Source: Podarcis erhardii (lineage: Eukaryota). Taken from it: a stretch of 64,000 nt of DNA. Under the pieces are notes generated by a model, which saw nothing but the letters and a program-made list of their open reading frames with translations, had not been told where the DNA came from and searched no databases. The DNA is taken from NCBI GenBank assembly GCA_964252035.1, contig OZ176205.1; one strand, given 5' to 3'. Position numbers and translations under genes: made by a program. Shown here in pieces: positions 52,831 through 64,000 of the stretch; position 1 is the first letter of the stretch, and each line of letters opens with the position of its first letter.

Positions 52831-53927
52831 CCTGTACTCCTAATCTTCTGGCTTTAGTGGTCATTGCAATGATGGAATCGAGGCACTTTGTATCATCTGC
52901 CCCAACCATGTGATAAGTTTTATGGCTTCCCTGTGAACCACTAGCATAAGGGAGCATGGGGGGGGGAGAGTCAGAGCTTTGGTGATGCTCACATGAACAT
53001 TTAACATTTGAATGCACTCTCTATTTGGTCCTTTTGTATTGGAGTGAAATGTAACCGCCAAACCATGCCAAGGCATTTTGTTTGTATAATCTAGCAATTC
53101 TGGTCCAATAACTGGGCCAGTAAGTCAAGTTAATCTTCACTTGAAAGAGGGAGATGAGTATATTTCAACTAATTGTTTAGTCTTTATATCTGGCTTTGAA
53201 GCTCTGCATGCTTTGAAGCTGTATGGTTTCCTGGCTTTCCCAAGATGAAGCTGTTTCTTAATTAATAAAAGAGTCAGTTTTCAAAAATAACATCCTTTGT
53301 CAACATGAAATGTGTTTGACATCCTTTATTTACATTTCCCCCCCATAAAGGAGAGCAAATAAAACCCTGCTCTTAGATTAATATTATATCAGACTCTTGC
53401 CAAATACAGTTTTGACTTCTTTACAAAATCCAGAAGAGGTCACTGTTTCTCTTTTGAGTGTTTTCAACAGCCGCAGTTGGCAGAAGGTCCTCTTTAAACT
53501 AATTAAGAGACCTGGAACCTGTTAAAACGGGTTGAATGTAACTGAATGGTTTCCAATGCCTTCTTTACATTCTCTAGGGTGTTTGGCCTGACATAACAGC
53601 TGGAATAAATGAACATAAATATATCAGTAGTGAGTGAAGTTGTGTTATTAATGTTTCCCAGCATGCATTTTAATTTCAGATTCAGCCATTGAAGCACAGC
53701 GCTTATCTATAATGCAACCAAGCTCTTTATTGAAAACATTCAATAACTTTATTTTTCCTCTTCTTTTTTACAAGCTGGGCAGTGGCTTGTTCTGGAACGA
53801 CAATGTCAAATGTTTTCATTTTACTTGGTGGCATTATGAACAAGTGCTTTGCCTCAACATAGTGACCCAAACTATTGCAGAAAATGACATTAAGCGTTTT
53901 ATGAAGGAGTTTAACAAAGACTATCAG

Positions 53928-54286
53928 GGTGGCGCTGTGGTCTAAACCACTGTGCCTCTTGGGCTTGCCAATTGGAAGGTCGGCCATTCGAATCCACCCA
54001 ATGGGGTGAGCTCCCATTTCTCTGTACCAACTTCTGCCAACCTAGCAGTTTGAAAGCATGCCAGTGCAAGTAGATAAATAGGTACCACAGTGACGGGAAG
54101 GTAAACGGCATTTCTGTGTGCTCTGATTTCCATCACGGTGTCCCATTGCACCAGAAGTGGTTTAGTCATGCTGGCCACATGACCTGGAAAGCACCAGCTC
54201 CCTTGGCCTGAAAGCGAGATGAGTGCCACACCCCATAGTAGTATTTGACTGGACTTGACTGTCTGGGGGTCTTTTACTTTTACCTT
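53928..54286 (+). mobile_element. Sauria-type SINE (older copy)
   Basis: Head GGTGGCGCTGTGGTCTAAACCAC, tail ttttacttttaccttta; flanking direct repeat TATCAG(GGT). Confidence 0.85.
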
Positions 54287-55318
54287 TATCAGGGTTTGGT
54301 CAGCTAAAGAAAAGTCAGTCTACAACCTTTTCAAAGTTAGAAAAGAGGGGGCAGTTATGAAAATGTGGGCTTGCCCAAGACATGATTTTGCTGCCTGAGG
54401 CAGAACAACAAATGATGCCCTCCCCAACAAGCCAAGGTGCCTAGGCTGGTCAAGTTGTGTTGGCACCTGAGGGAGAAAATTCCACATGCACCTCTGCCCC
54501 TTCCTGGCAGGAAAAAAAAATACAACCATCAAATTACTAAGAGCTGTCTGCTGTCTCATGACACCCAGAAATAGCTGCCTAAGGAGGCCATCTCACTCTG
54601 TCTAATGGTAGAGCCAGCCTAAAACGGTGTCTGTGTGTCTTCCTTTACAGTCTTCTATTTGAAGGGCTAGCTAATCCAAACACATTTTAAAGAGAACGAA
54701 TCCTAAGAAGGAAGAGCAGTATGAGTATTGAATTGCTTATATACAATTAGTACATGGGCAGCAGATTGAGCAGGCCTATAGGTCACTTGGCTAGTGTTTT
54801 GTACCCTGGTGAAATGTGTTGGGCAGTATTCACTTCATGAGCCCTGCTTAAGAACTTAAGAACACGCATGCAATGGGGCTTCCTTCTGCATGCCCCCTGA
54901 AATTGACTGGGGTGGGTTGGGGGAACCCCCAGAAGAGTGCACGGGGGGAGCAGCTGAAATTCCTGTGCAGGTGGAACATTCGTAATAGTGTGATGTTGAA
55001 TCCCACCCATTGCATTTCTATCTAAAGGATAGAGATTGTTTCTAACTAGCAGCTTTGTATCCAGTATTTGCTCAGGAGTGCTAAGAAACCAAAAGTTCAG
55101 TGCAGTTTTGAAAGGTTCGGTCTGCCATCTTGATTCCAAATGGTGTCCAGCTGCGTCCAAACAAACAATGAAAACCTGCTCTTTATTCTCGGGAACCGTC
55201 ATGCAAAATGCGTTCATGATAACTTAAAAGACATCCAAATTCTGAGCAAACAAAAACTTTCCAAGATATATAGTAGATTGTGAATGTATACATATAAATT
55301 CGTGCATGCACATTTTAT

Positions 55319-55497
55319 CACAGAATCTTAGAGTTGGAAGGCATCCCAGGGGTCAGTCTAGTCCACCCCCTGCAATGCAGGAATCTCAGCTAAAGCATCC
55401 ATGGCAGATGGCCATCCAACCTCTGCTTAAAGACCTCCAAGGAAGGAGAGTCCACAACTTCCTGAGGGAGACAGTTCCACTTTCAAACAAGTGTGTC
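55319..55497 (-). mobile_element. CR1 3' end fragment
   Basis: 'cacagaatcttagagttggaagg...acctctgcttaaagacctccaag' parallels 23048-23200. Confidence 0.75.
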
Positions 55498-57593
55498 TTC
55501 TGGTGAGGCATTTCCTTTGTTTGGTCCCCCACCCCACCCCTGGTAATGCATAAGTGGCCTTCCTATGTATATTTATAGAATTGGGCCATCCATGCTAATC
55601 ACCTTTATATAGAAGCACACTTTGCAAATTCTAGTGGAATCCACTTCCAACTAAGGCAGCAGTCCTACCAACTTATATCTTTGATTAAGCCCTGTTGCAT
55701 TATATAATGTAACTGATCCCAGAAAACAGGCATAGAGTTTACTGTATTTAGGGTGACAACTTTCCATAGGACTCCATGAGCAGAAAGCTGCTCTTCCTTG
55801 GAGTTGCCCCAAATGTTTACAGATTGCTTTGACCAAACCGGTTTGCCAGAACAAATCGCAAGGCAGTGCTGGGGTCTCAAATAGTTACTACATTTTAAAT
55901 CGTAAAACGTCATTGCATAAATGTGTTCATAATTGAATCCTCATGTGGATTTTGCTGCTTAAGGCCATAATCCTAACTTTGCCTGTTTGGAGGTTAACCC
56001 CATTGAAATCAACAGGACTTCTGATTAAACATGGTGAATATTGAGTTGCCAGCAAGTCTTTGTTATTTATCACTTTGCTTCCTATGCAACTCTATGTCAA
56101 AGTAACCCAGTGTAAATATAGCTCTCGCAGCTGATTATCCAAATGTTTTATATGTCCCTTGCAGTGTTACTGTAACCTTCACCTCTCTCTTAGTGTTTAC
56201 TTATTTGGAAGAAAGCTGTTTAAAACCAACAGGACTTATTTCCACATAAATGTGTTTTAAGAGTGAATGTTAAGATTTAAAACATATTTATGTGGAAAAA
56301 TGTCCTGTACTTTAGAAAACCTTTCTTCAAAGTGTACTAGGACTGCGGTCTGAAGTTGTGCTGCATGGAAAAAATGGTATATTTATATTACTTCAAGTTG
56401 AACTTAATTAAAGCAACTTAGAAGCCCCTTTGCCCCAACAAGGACACATTATGGAGCAAGTGATCCAGATATCACCAAGGGAGGTAGGCTTAGAGGTCAC
56501 TGTGATCAGGTGATGCCTTGCCACCAGCTCTCTGTCAAACTAACCACTGAACTGTTGAAATGAATTGTACAAGGAGTTTGTCTTTACTTGTAGAGATGGT
56601 GATTCTGATCTGCATGACCAGTGTTGTACTATTAGGGTGAGGAAGTGGGGGCAGGGTTTAACTCATGAGAAAAATTATAACACCAGTGCCCATTCAACAA
56701 ATGGTCACATGTGAGCTATTGTAACCCATGTAATCCAAATCCATATTGTCCTATGCCACAGGGGTAAATCATGCATGCAGATTTTGCATCAAAATCATTA
56801 TATTATCCGACGTCATAATGATTCAGATGAGTGACACCTGTCAAAGATCTTGTTGCACATTTGGGAAGCACTGCAGTTTTATTTTGTTTTGTTTCTAGGA
56901 TCCCTGTACGCAGCACTTCCCAAGCAAAGGGATTGCAAAGCCCTTTTGGCAGCACTTCCAAAAGGCCAATGATCTGCTGCTTCGGAAGTACTGCACAAAG
57001 TGCTTTGCAGGCACCCCCAATTGACAGTGCCTGCAAAGCCCCCTTTGGCCCTTCCCTACCCCATGTCAGACTTCATTAATGACATCAGATATAAAGCAAG
57101 TGGTTGTGGCTTGCCTGAAACAGATACATGGCGTGGGCCAAATGGGAAGCCCAGGGGGACCAAATTTGGCCAGCAGGCCAGAGCTTCTCCCCACTTGTTT
57201 TAAGTCTGAGTTCAGTGGGGGGCCAGGTAAAGCCTCTCTAGACACTTGTGTGCCTGCAGCTGCCGTGTTGGTATATGGTATATGGTTAGGAGTTTTTGCT
57301 CCAATATATATACTTGCTTACATTGAACAGCATTCACCATTTGAATGCCCATTCGCCCAGCCTGGACAGATCCTTTTGGAGTTCCTCACAATCCCTTGTT
57401 GTTCTTACCAACCTGAACCATTGGGCATAATCAGTTCACTCCAAGTCATTTATGGACAAGTTAAAAAGGAGCAGTCCCAATAGTGACCATTGGGGGACTT
57501 CAGTGCCACCAAAAGGCAAGAGTGGTGTGTCCTGTCCACCCCTTGAGGCTTCACCCTGCTTAATGGCTGGGCCAGCCCTGTATTTAGAAATAT

Positions 57594-57760
57594 AGGAAGC
57601 TGCCTTATACCGAGTCGGACCTTTGGTCCATCTTGCTCAGTATTATTTACACGGACTGGCAGCAGCACTCCAAGGTTTCAGGCAGAAGCCTCTCCCAACG
57701 CTACCTGAAGATGCTGGGGATTGAACTTGAGACATCCTGGCTCTACCACTGAGCTGACCT
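57594..57760 (-). mobile_element. tRNA-derived SINE (same family as 52335)
   Basis: Reverse-complement similarity to the 52717-52830 segment plus a tRNA-like head. Confidence 0.6.
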
Positions 57761-59944
57761 GTTGCCCTTCCTTGATGCTTTCTGACCATAGGAGGTGATA
57801 TAGTAAAATGGGGACAGGGAGCCTGTTGGATCCCAACTCCTCTCAACCCCAGCCAGCATGGCCAATGAGTGATGGGAACTGGAGTCCAAAAACATCTAGA
57901 AGTCCCCCACCCTTGTGTCAAAGCTGTGGCAAAACGGCACCAAAGGAGTGGAGCAAAGCAAATGGGCTATTGAGGGCTGGGGAAGACATGAGACGAGTGC
58001 TGATGTCCTGGAACGGCTGTCTGGAAATCAAGTGGCCGGCCCTAGAACATAGGCATCTTGCAGAACGTAAAGGGGTTGGGAAGCAGAGGCACAAGCAGAA
58101 GGGAGCTGGAGTGGGCAATGGAAAAGTTTCAGTCTGTGTGGTGGATATTCCTGTGGTCTCCTGGTGCCCAGAGTTGAGGTGCTACTGGGGGCTGGAGAAG
58201 GATTGGGTTGCAGCCAATCATCTTTCCTCTTTTCTCAGTTAGAGTGATGAGCAACCACTTCCTCCAGGCTCGGTGGCTTGGCCCCCCGTAGGAGCTTTCA
58301 CACAGCCACTTTCTCGGCAGCACATCCTGTGAAATCTCGAAGAGCAACAGAGCGCCATAGGCAGCCAGTGGGTTTTGGCAGCCTCCCTCTGGCTGCCGTC
58401 TCCATGCCGCTGCCACTGCAGGGGAGCAGCTTGGATTTGAGGAGAACTGGGCTGAGTCGGAGGCTTGTTCACAAATAACAGTTGCCATCTGTCTTCTTAA
58501 AATAATACAAATAATAATACATGACAACTTGTACTTTCCTGTGGGCAAGGCTTAATGTAAAGCAGTTGCACAAAAGCCTTTCATTAGCATAATGTTTAAG
58601 CGATGCCGAGATATTAGGTTACCAAATGCTGAGGCAGCTTCAAGAATCAGCAAAATGAGACAGCTCCTCGAGTTCCTTGCAAAATGGCCAGAATTCCTCC
58701 TTCCCATTTTCAACACAAATGGCCTCCTGTGGTTTTCAGTCAGGATGAGGCACTGTCAGTAAATTTTTGCAGAAACTAAGATGTTTCCTGCTTTAACCTC
58801 TTAAAGGAAGGTTCTTCCTGCTGTTTATAGATTTATTAATTTTCTAGGCTGACACTTTCACTGATGTTGATTGGTGCTAGGGGAGGATACAACGAAACTT
58901 TCCAATTTGTCTTGGGGTTATTCTGCGGTGAGTTTAAATAGCCCGCAGTGCTAGTCTGGGCAGCCTTCCTGTGAGGCAGAGTGAAGGAGCTATATTTGGG
59001 GTGCTATAAAAGGACAGCAAATTGTTAATTATTTAATTCATTGTGTTTTTACTGACTGGGAGCAGGAGAGTCATTTGGGTGATTTATCTGCTTCAGGTGC
59101 CAAAACAACTTGACTGACCTAGGGTACTATGGCTAATCACCTTGAAATAAGGGTAGGGCAGGCATTTGCTGTTCCATATCTCAAGCATATCTTAAGCCAG
59201 CTCTCTTAACATCTGGAATTTGTCATCGTAGCCTCCTGTGGCATCCAGATGTTGCTGGACTACAATTCCCATGACCCGTGACCACTGGCCATTCCGGCTG
59301 GGCCTGGTGGGGAATGTAGTCCAAAGCAGTTGGATGGCATCAGGTTGGGAAAGTCTGATCTAAAGGAACTTTCTTGGTGGATACTGTCCTGTGCCATAAG
59401 CAGTCCCAAGCACGTGTTCCTGGAACTGATGGTTGAAGGATTCTTTCCAGGTGTAACTTGCCTATGAAGCCAGCCGCTGACTTGGTTTAAAGCTTGTTGA
59501 ATATACAATATGAATGGAAGCCAACATTTGGTTGTGCTCAACAAGGCCTGAGCTATTGTTTATTGGGTTTTATATCCCCAAATGTCTAATAATATATAGC
59601 TAAAATAAATTTACATACAGAAAATAAAACAGCAGCAGACATGACAAATGAGTCAGATAAGTCAGACAAACAACAACAACAACAACAACACTTCATTATC
59701 AATTTATTTACATGGCCTTTTTTTCTCAGCAAGGTGAAAGGAATTCCTTACCTCATTATCATGTACGTTTCATGAGTAGAAAGTAGATCTGAGGTTGAAA
59801 GATGCATTTTTAACATCTGCACTACACCACCGTCCTAGAACTCCCTAGGCGCTATGTTTCCCTAACTCACAAGCCTGCACGCCACAGCAGCACTCAAGGA
59901 AGTTAAGCACCTTATAGCTGGCGTATCACATTAATCCATTTCGA

Positions 59945-60137
59945 TTGCAACCCTATGGCAGCTTCACTGGGACCACACCTTCTGAAAACCACTGGCCTTT
60001 CTTCTGAGTAGACACATATACATATGATTGCACTGTTAATGTCTCAGCATGCAAGCTTATGCACCTTTACCTGGGAGTAAGTGCCAGTGAATCCAATGCA
60101 GCTTGCTTCAGAATAAGCAGAACATAGGATTGCACTG
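59945..60137. repeat. Two adjacent copies of a short palindromic interspersed repeat
   Basis: 'gcaaccctat...gattgcact' units with an internal ccactgaa..caatg motif; similar units near 4450, 16490, 19290, 28850 and 55965. Confidence 0.5.
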
Positions 60138-60723
60138 TGGAGGAGTAACTGGAATAGTTACTAACTGCCGTTTTGCATTAATTATATGAAAAAGGAATTT
60201 GCTGTGAAATCAAGGGTGGTTTTTTTTCTTTTTGCTTGTAGCATCTGTCACTTTTCTCTGCTCCAGGTTCTGCTACATTTTTAGATAGCTCCAACCAGAG
60301 AATGTAATTGCAGCTTAATGATAATGTACCCTTTTGCTTTTACCTATCTATCAATCTGCCCTCCTGAATGCTGGCAGATTACTTGGACAACACTGATATT
60401 TAGTTAATTTATTACTCATGCCCAGTACATTTTCAAGTGTACCTGCCTGGTGTAATAAAAGAAAAAGAGGAGGTTACATGATTTGTTCTAGTTCACAGCA
60501 CTTCTGAACTTGCACAAGCCTTCTGCTACTTATAGCTGTGCTATCTTATATCTCTTAGACTTTATTTTTTAAAAAGCCAAGCACCCATTAAAAATACAGA
60601 ACAGTGTTTGCAAATCATGCTCACTTTCCATACTGTCTCATAAGAACACAAAATACTGCAAAAAATAATATTGAAGTTTTTGAGCAATTTTTAACAGAAA
60701 TCGCCCAAAACGACACTGCCAAC

Positions 60724-61078
60724 ATGGGTTGCCACAAGTCCGGATTTTCCCGGACTTTTTGTTGTTGTTTTTTGCAATTTCCGCCCGGACACTGCTTTGA
60801 ACTGCAGTACAGTGGTACCTCAAGTTAAGTACTTAATTCGTTCCGGAGGTCCGTACTTAACCTGAAACTGTTCTTAACCTGAAGCACCACTTTAGCTAAT
60901 GGGGCCTCATGCTGCTGCCACGCCGCCGGAGCATGATTTCTGTTCTCATCCTGAAGCAAGTTCTTAACCTGAAGCACTATTTCTGGGTTAGCAGAGTCTG
61001 TAACCTGAAGCGTATATAACCTGAGGTACCACTGTATTCCAGATATGCCTGGGAAATTCCGGACATATGGCAAGCCTA
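60724..61078. mobile_element. hAT-like MITE (GGGTTGCCA termini) hosting a nested mariner MITE
   Basis: Left gggttgccacaagtccgga versus reverse complement of right taggcttgccatatgtccgga; no TSD recognisable. Confidence 0.55.
60810..61034 (-). mobile_element. Tc1/mariner MITE family C, copy 3
   Basis: TIRs, TA flanks, reverse orientation to copy 1. Confidence 0.9.
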
Positions 61079-61622
61079 GGACTGGCCAGGTGAATCTTAC
61101 TTCAGCACTGCTAATGGGACAGAACCTCACCACACCTGAGGCCAGCAGGCAAGCTTAAGAGGCACAGGGCAAGCTGCTTAATCCACACAGTATCTGTTCT
61201 CCATCCATCCACATCTGCCATCTAAGGAGGCTGCTTTACTCTGCCTAATAGCAGGGCTGGCCCAGCTTACACCAAGTCAAATGAGTGGTTCAGCCAACAT
61301 TCAGCATTGTCTCTACATTGATGGAGTTTCTCTCTAGAGTTTCATATGGGATTCTTCCCTAGCTCTCCCTATAAACAATGGTAACATTTGTGTGGAAAGC
61401 ATATGCGCTGAGCTACAAACCTCCTCCCACTGACGAGGATAGGAACTGGATTGCCAGCAAAGCAACACCAAAAGTGAGGCACAAACTGTAGAGATATAAT
61501 GAGCACAAGATGGAGTGCAGAGTGGACTTGGGCGGCTGGGGGGTTGGTTGATTGTAAGAACCATGGGAATTGTCCAGCGGCATCCTACGCGGTTTCATCT
61601 TTTCCATGCTATTTAACATTTA

Positions 61623-61864
61623 CAGTGGTACCTCAGTTTAAGTACTTAATTCATTCCGGAGGTCTGTTCTTAACCTGAAACTGTTCTTAACCTGAAGCAC
61701 CACTTTAGCTAATGGGGCCTCCTGCTGCCACCGCGCCGCCGGAGCACGATTTCTGTTCTCATCCTGAAGCAAAGTTCTTAACCCAAGGTACTATTTCCGG
61801 GTTAGTGGAGTCTGTAACCTGAAGCGTCTGTAACCTGAAGCGTATGTAACCTGAGGTACCACTG
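61623..61864 (-). mobile_element. Tc1/mariner MITE family C, copy 4
   Basis: TIRs, TA flanks, extra 16-bp subterminal unit. Confidence 0.9.
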
Positions 61865-62703
61865 TATCTGGAACTGCTGGGTGCTGTCAGCAGGGAATTT
61901 GGAATGAAGTGTCACCATCTCCCCCCACCCCCATCTCTCATCTGAATCAGGAGAGGCACATCAGGTGCCAGACCAGCTTGGAGGCCGCAGTGGGCTGGAT
62001 GTGGAAAATGCAGTGAAGGACAGGTAAGAAATCTGATAAGTAAACAAACTTCCAGACATTGCAGAAGGTACTTGAACTTCAGCAAAGCACCCAACAGCCA
62101 CAGGTGTCTTTCAGATTCTCCGTCACTTATGTGTTGTGAAAGTCTCAACTAGAAAGGAAAGGACTTTCTCCTAATCTATGTGATAGGGGCAAACTGGGTG
62201 GTGGCAGTCTCTTGGGACCATCATCACAACCAGCCAAGCATGTATACCGAATCAGAATATTGATGCAACTAGACACGGAACTGTGGAGCCTCCCTATCTA
62301 GCTTATACTGTTCACCTCCTTCCCTTCCTTTGCTGAGAATTAGGCTTGAGGAGGAAATTGTTGGAGCTAATAGGAAGCTTTTGTTCAGTGCCATATTTCT
62401 TTTTTGGGGGGAGGTAGGCTTGCAGCGGGAAAGTGAAGGAGTCCCTTACATAACATCAGGGACGGACAAGCAGTTTCCCTAGGATTTCATATAGCCCTTA
62501 GCTTAATTTCAAATGATTTGTCCCTTCCTTGGCAGCCTGCTGGGTGGAGAGAAAGAAAGAAGCGGTGTTAGCATAATGCAGAAAAGGGAAGAAAAGAGTA
62601 TGGCCTCCAGCAGAAGATGTTTACTAACCCATTGCACCCCATTCCTTTGGCCGACTAACTTGAGGTTTGCTTTTTGTGTGTGTTTTTGTATGTGGCTTTG
62701 TAA

Positions 62704-62834
62704 CATGGGCATAGCCAGGACTTTTGTTAGAGGGGAGCAGGATTGGTCAGTTAGTTAAGTATTTCTATTGTTTTACTTGATCTGGGGAGGGGAAGGGCAG
62801 CTGTCCCCTCTGCCCCCTCTTGGCTACGCTTATG
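62704..62834. mobile_element. hAT MITE family A, copy 3 (inverted)
   Basis: TIRs; TSD ctttgtaa/cttggtaa. Confidence 0.8.
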
Positions 62835-63911
62835 CTTGGTAAGAAGTATATGCCTATGATGCTGCTTATATTATTGATGCCAATGTGATTTTTTTCAAGC
62901 GCAGCCTGGCATTCTATCCAAGAAAAGCTTTCATAAATCGGGGAGGAAGAGGCCTTTCTGTACACACTTCCTGTGCTTCCGATCCAAACATGAACAGTTG
63001 TATAAAGAAGGCGAAGGAGAAAACTGGCAGAAATGAGCCACTTAGGCAGTTGTCCTACTTATTTGATGCTGTGAAAACTAAATTAAGTAGATCGGAAACC
63101 AGAATCCCATTTTTACGTGAGATATAGCCAGCACGGCCACGTGTCCTACTTTCCAGAGCGCTGTCCTCTGTTTGGAGGCATTCTCCACTTGAATGGCTGT
63201 CTGGTAGAAGGATAAAGAACAGTAAGAATGGAGAGCAAGGGTCTTGAAGTTGCTTAACCAACCAGGGAATCTCAGGTTTGTGGCTTGTGGTTTTTGTAGG
63301 AAGGGCACACACTGCTCAGGAGTGTTGGGTGAAAACAAGTGCAGCTTTATTGATTATATGGCAGGTCAGTGGGGTTGGCATGGCACAAGGGCAAAGGCAA
63401 GTTCTTCATTCCAGCCAGCTCTTGCTATTGAAGCGGCATTTTGTGTGATGGTTGGGAAGCACCCAACCACCCCTGGGGGTTGACCACAGTGTCAGACAAT
63501 GCTGTGGGGCAAGCCAAGTACCCAGGATCCCACTGGGTATCTGGGGGAGAGGTCCATTCCCAGCCAGGTGGGGCCCCATCCGAGCTAGGACCATGCCTTG
63601 AACCTATCATCCCCTCCAGGCCCTTTATGGGGACATCCTTACTAGTCTGATCCTGCCCAATGCTGTTTGTGCACAAAGTAGTGGCAGAAGATTGAGAACG
63701 CCTAGCCTGTCAAAGTGCTCACTGAGGGAAAGAGGTGGGAAACCCAGAGCCAACTAAGGTTTGGGGGGGGGGGGAATCATTTCTGGACCTGATAACCAGT
63801 GACCCAAAGAGCACAGACAGGCCCTAACAAGGCCTCACTAAGCATGTGGGAAAGCACGCAGGGCAAAATGGCCTCAACCTCTTTGTGGCTGAGGCTTTTA
63901 AGCACTTGACC

Positions 63912-64000
63912 AGGGGTCAGCAAACTTATCACGATTTGGGCCAGTGTCTCCAGTGCCACTCGCGCGGAGGGCAGGGGAGCACGTGCCAATACGCATGCGC
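63912..64000 (+). mobile_element. Start of a probable hAT-type element, truncated by the window edge
   Basis: CAGGGGTCAGCAAACT terminus typical of hAT; the other end is not visible. Confidence 0.4.

Noticed and set aside
63320-63680. Possible second solo LTR (starts TGTTGGG, has TTTATT)
   Set aside because: No matching CA end with a TSD could be found

Overview
Eukaryotic genomic DNA from a squamate reptile; the Sauria-type SINEs and MITE set suggest a lacertid lizard (inference). Three protein-coding genes lie in tandem on the minus strand. (1) TACSTD2/TROP2 is intronless, 308 aa. (2) MYSM1 has 20 coding exons reconstructed by hand (2469 nt, 822 aa; SANT, SWIRM, JAMM domains). Its intron 3 is U12-type and contains a sense-oriented solo-LTR-like insert. 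(3) An intronless 756-aa CARD plus about 16-18 ankyrin-repeat protein matches the architecture of Caiap, an inflammasome adaptor described in zebrafish and reported absent from placental mammals. A CpG island at about 1.4-2.3 kb is probably the OMA1 promoter, inferred from amniote OMA1-TACSTD2-MYSM1-JUN synteny. The rest is intergenic and rich in TEs (CR1, L1, L2-like, another LINE clade, SINEs, hAT and Tc1/mariner MITEs), several with verifiable TSDs, nesting and one probable excision footprint. No rRNA, tRNA genes or CRISPR arrays were seen. Gene and family names come from recognition and recall, not database searches.
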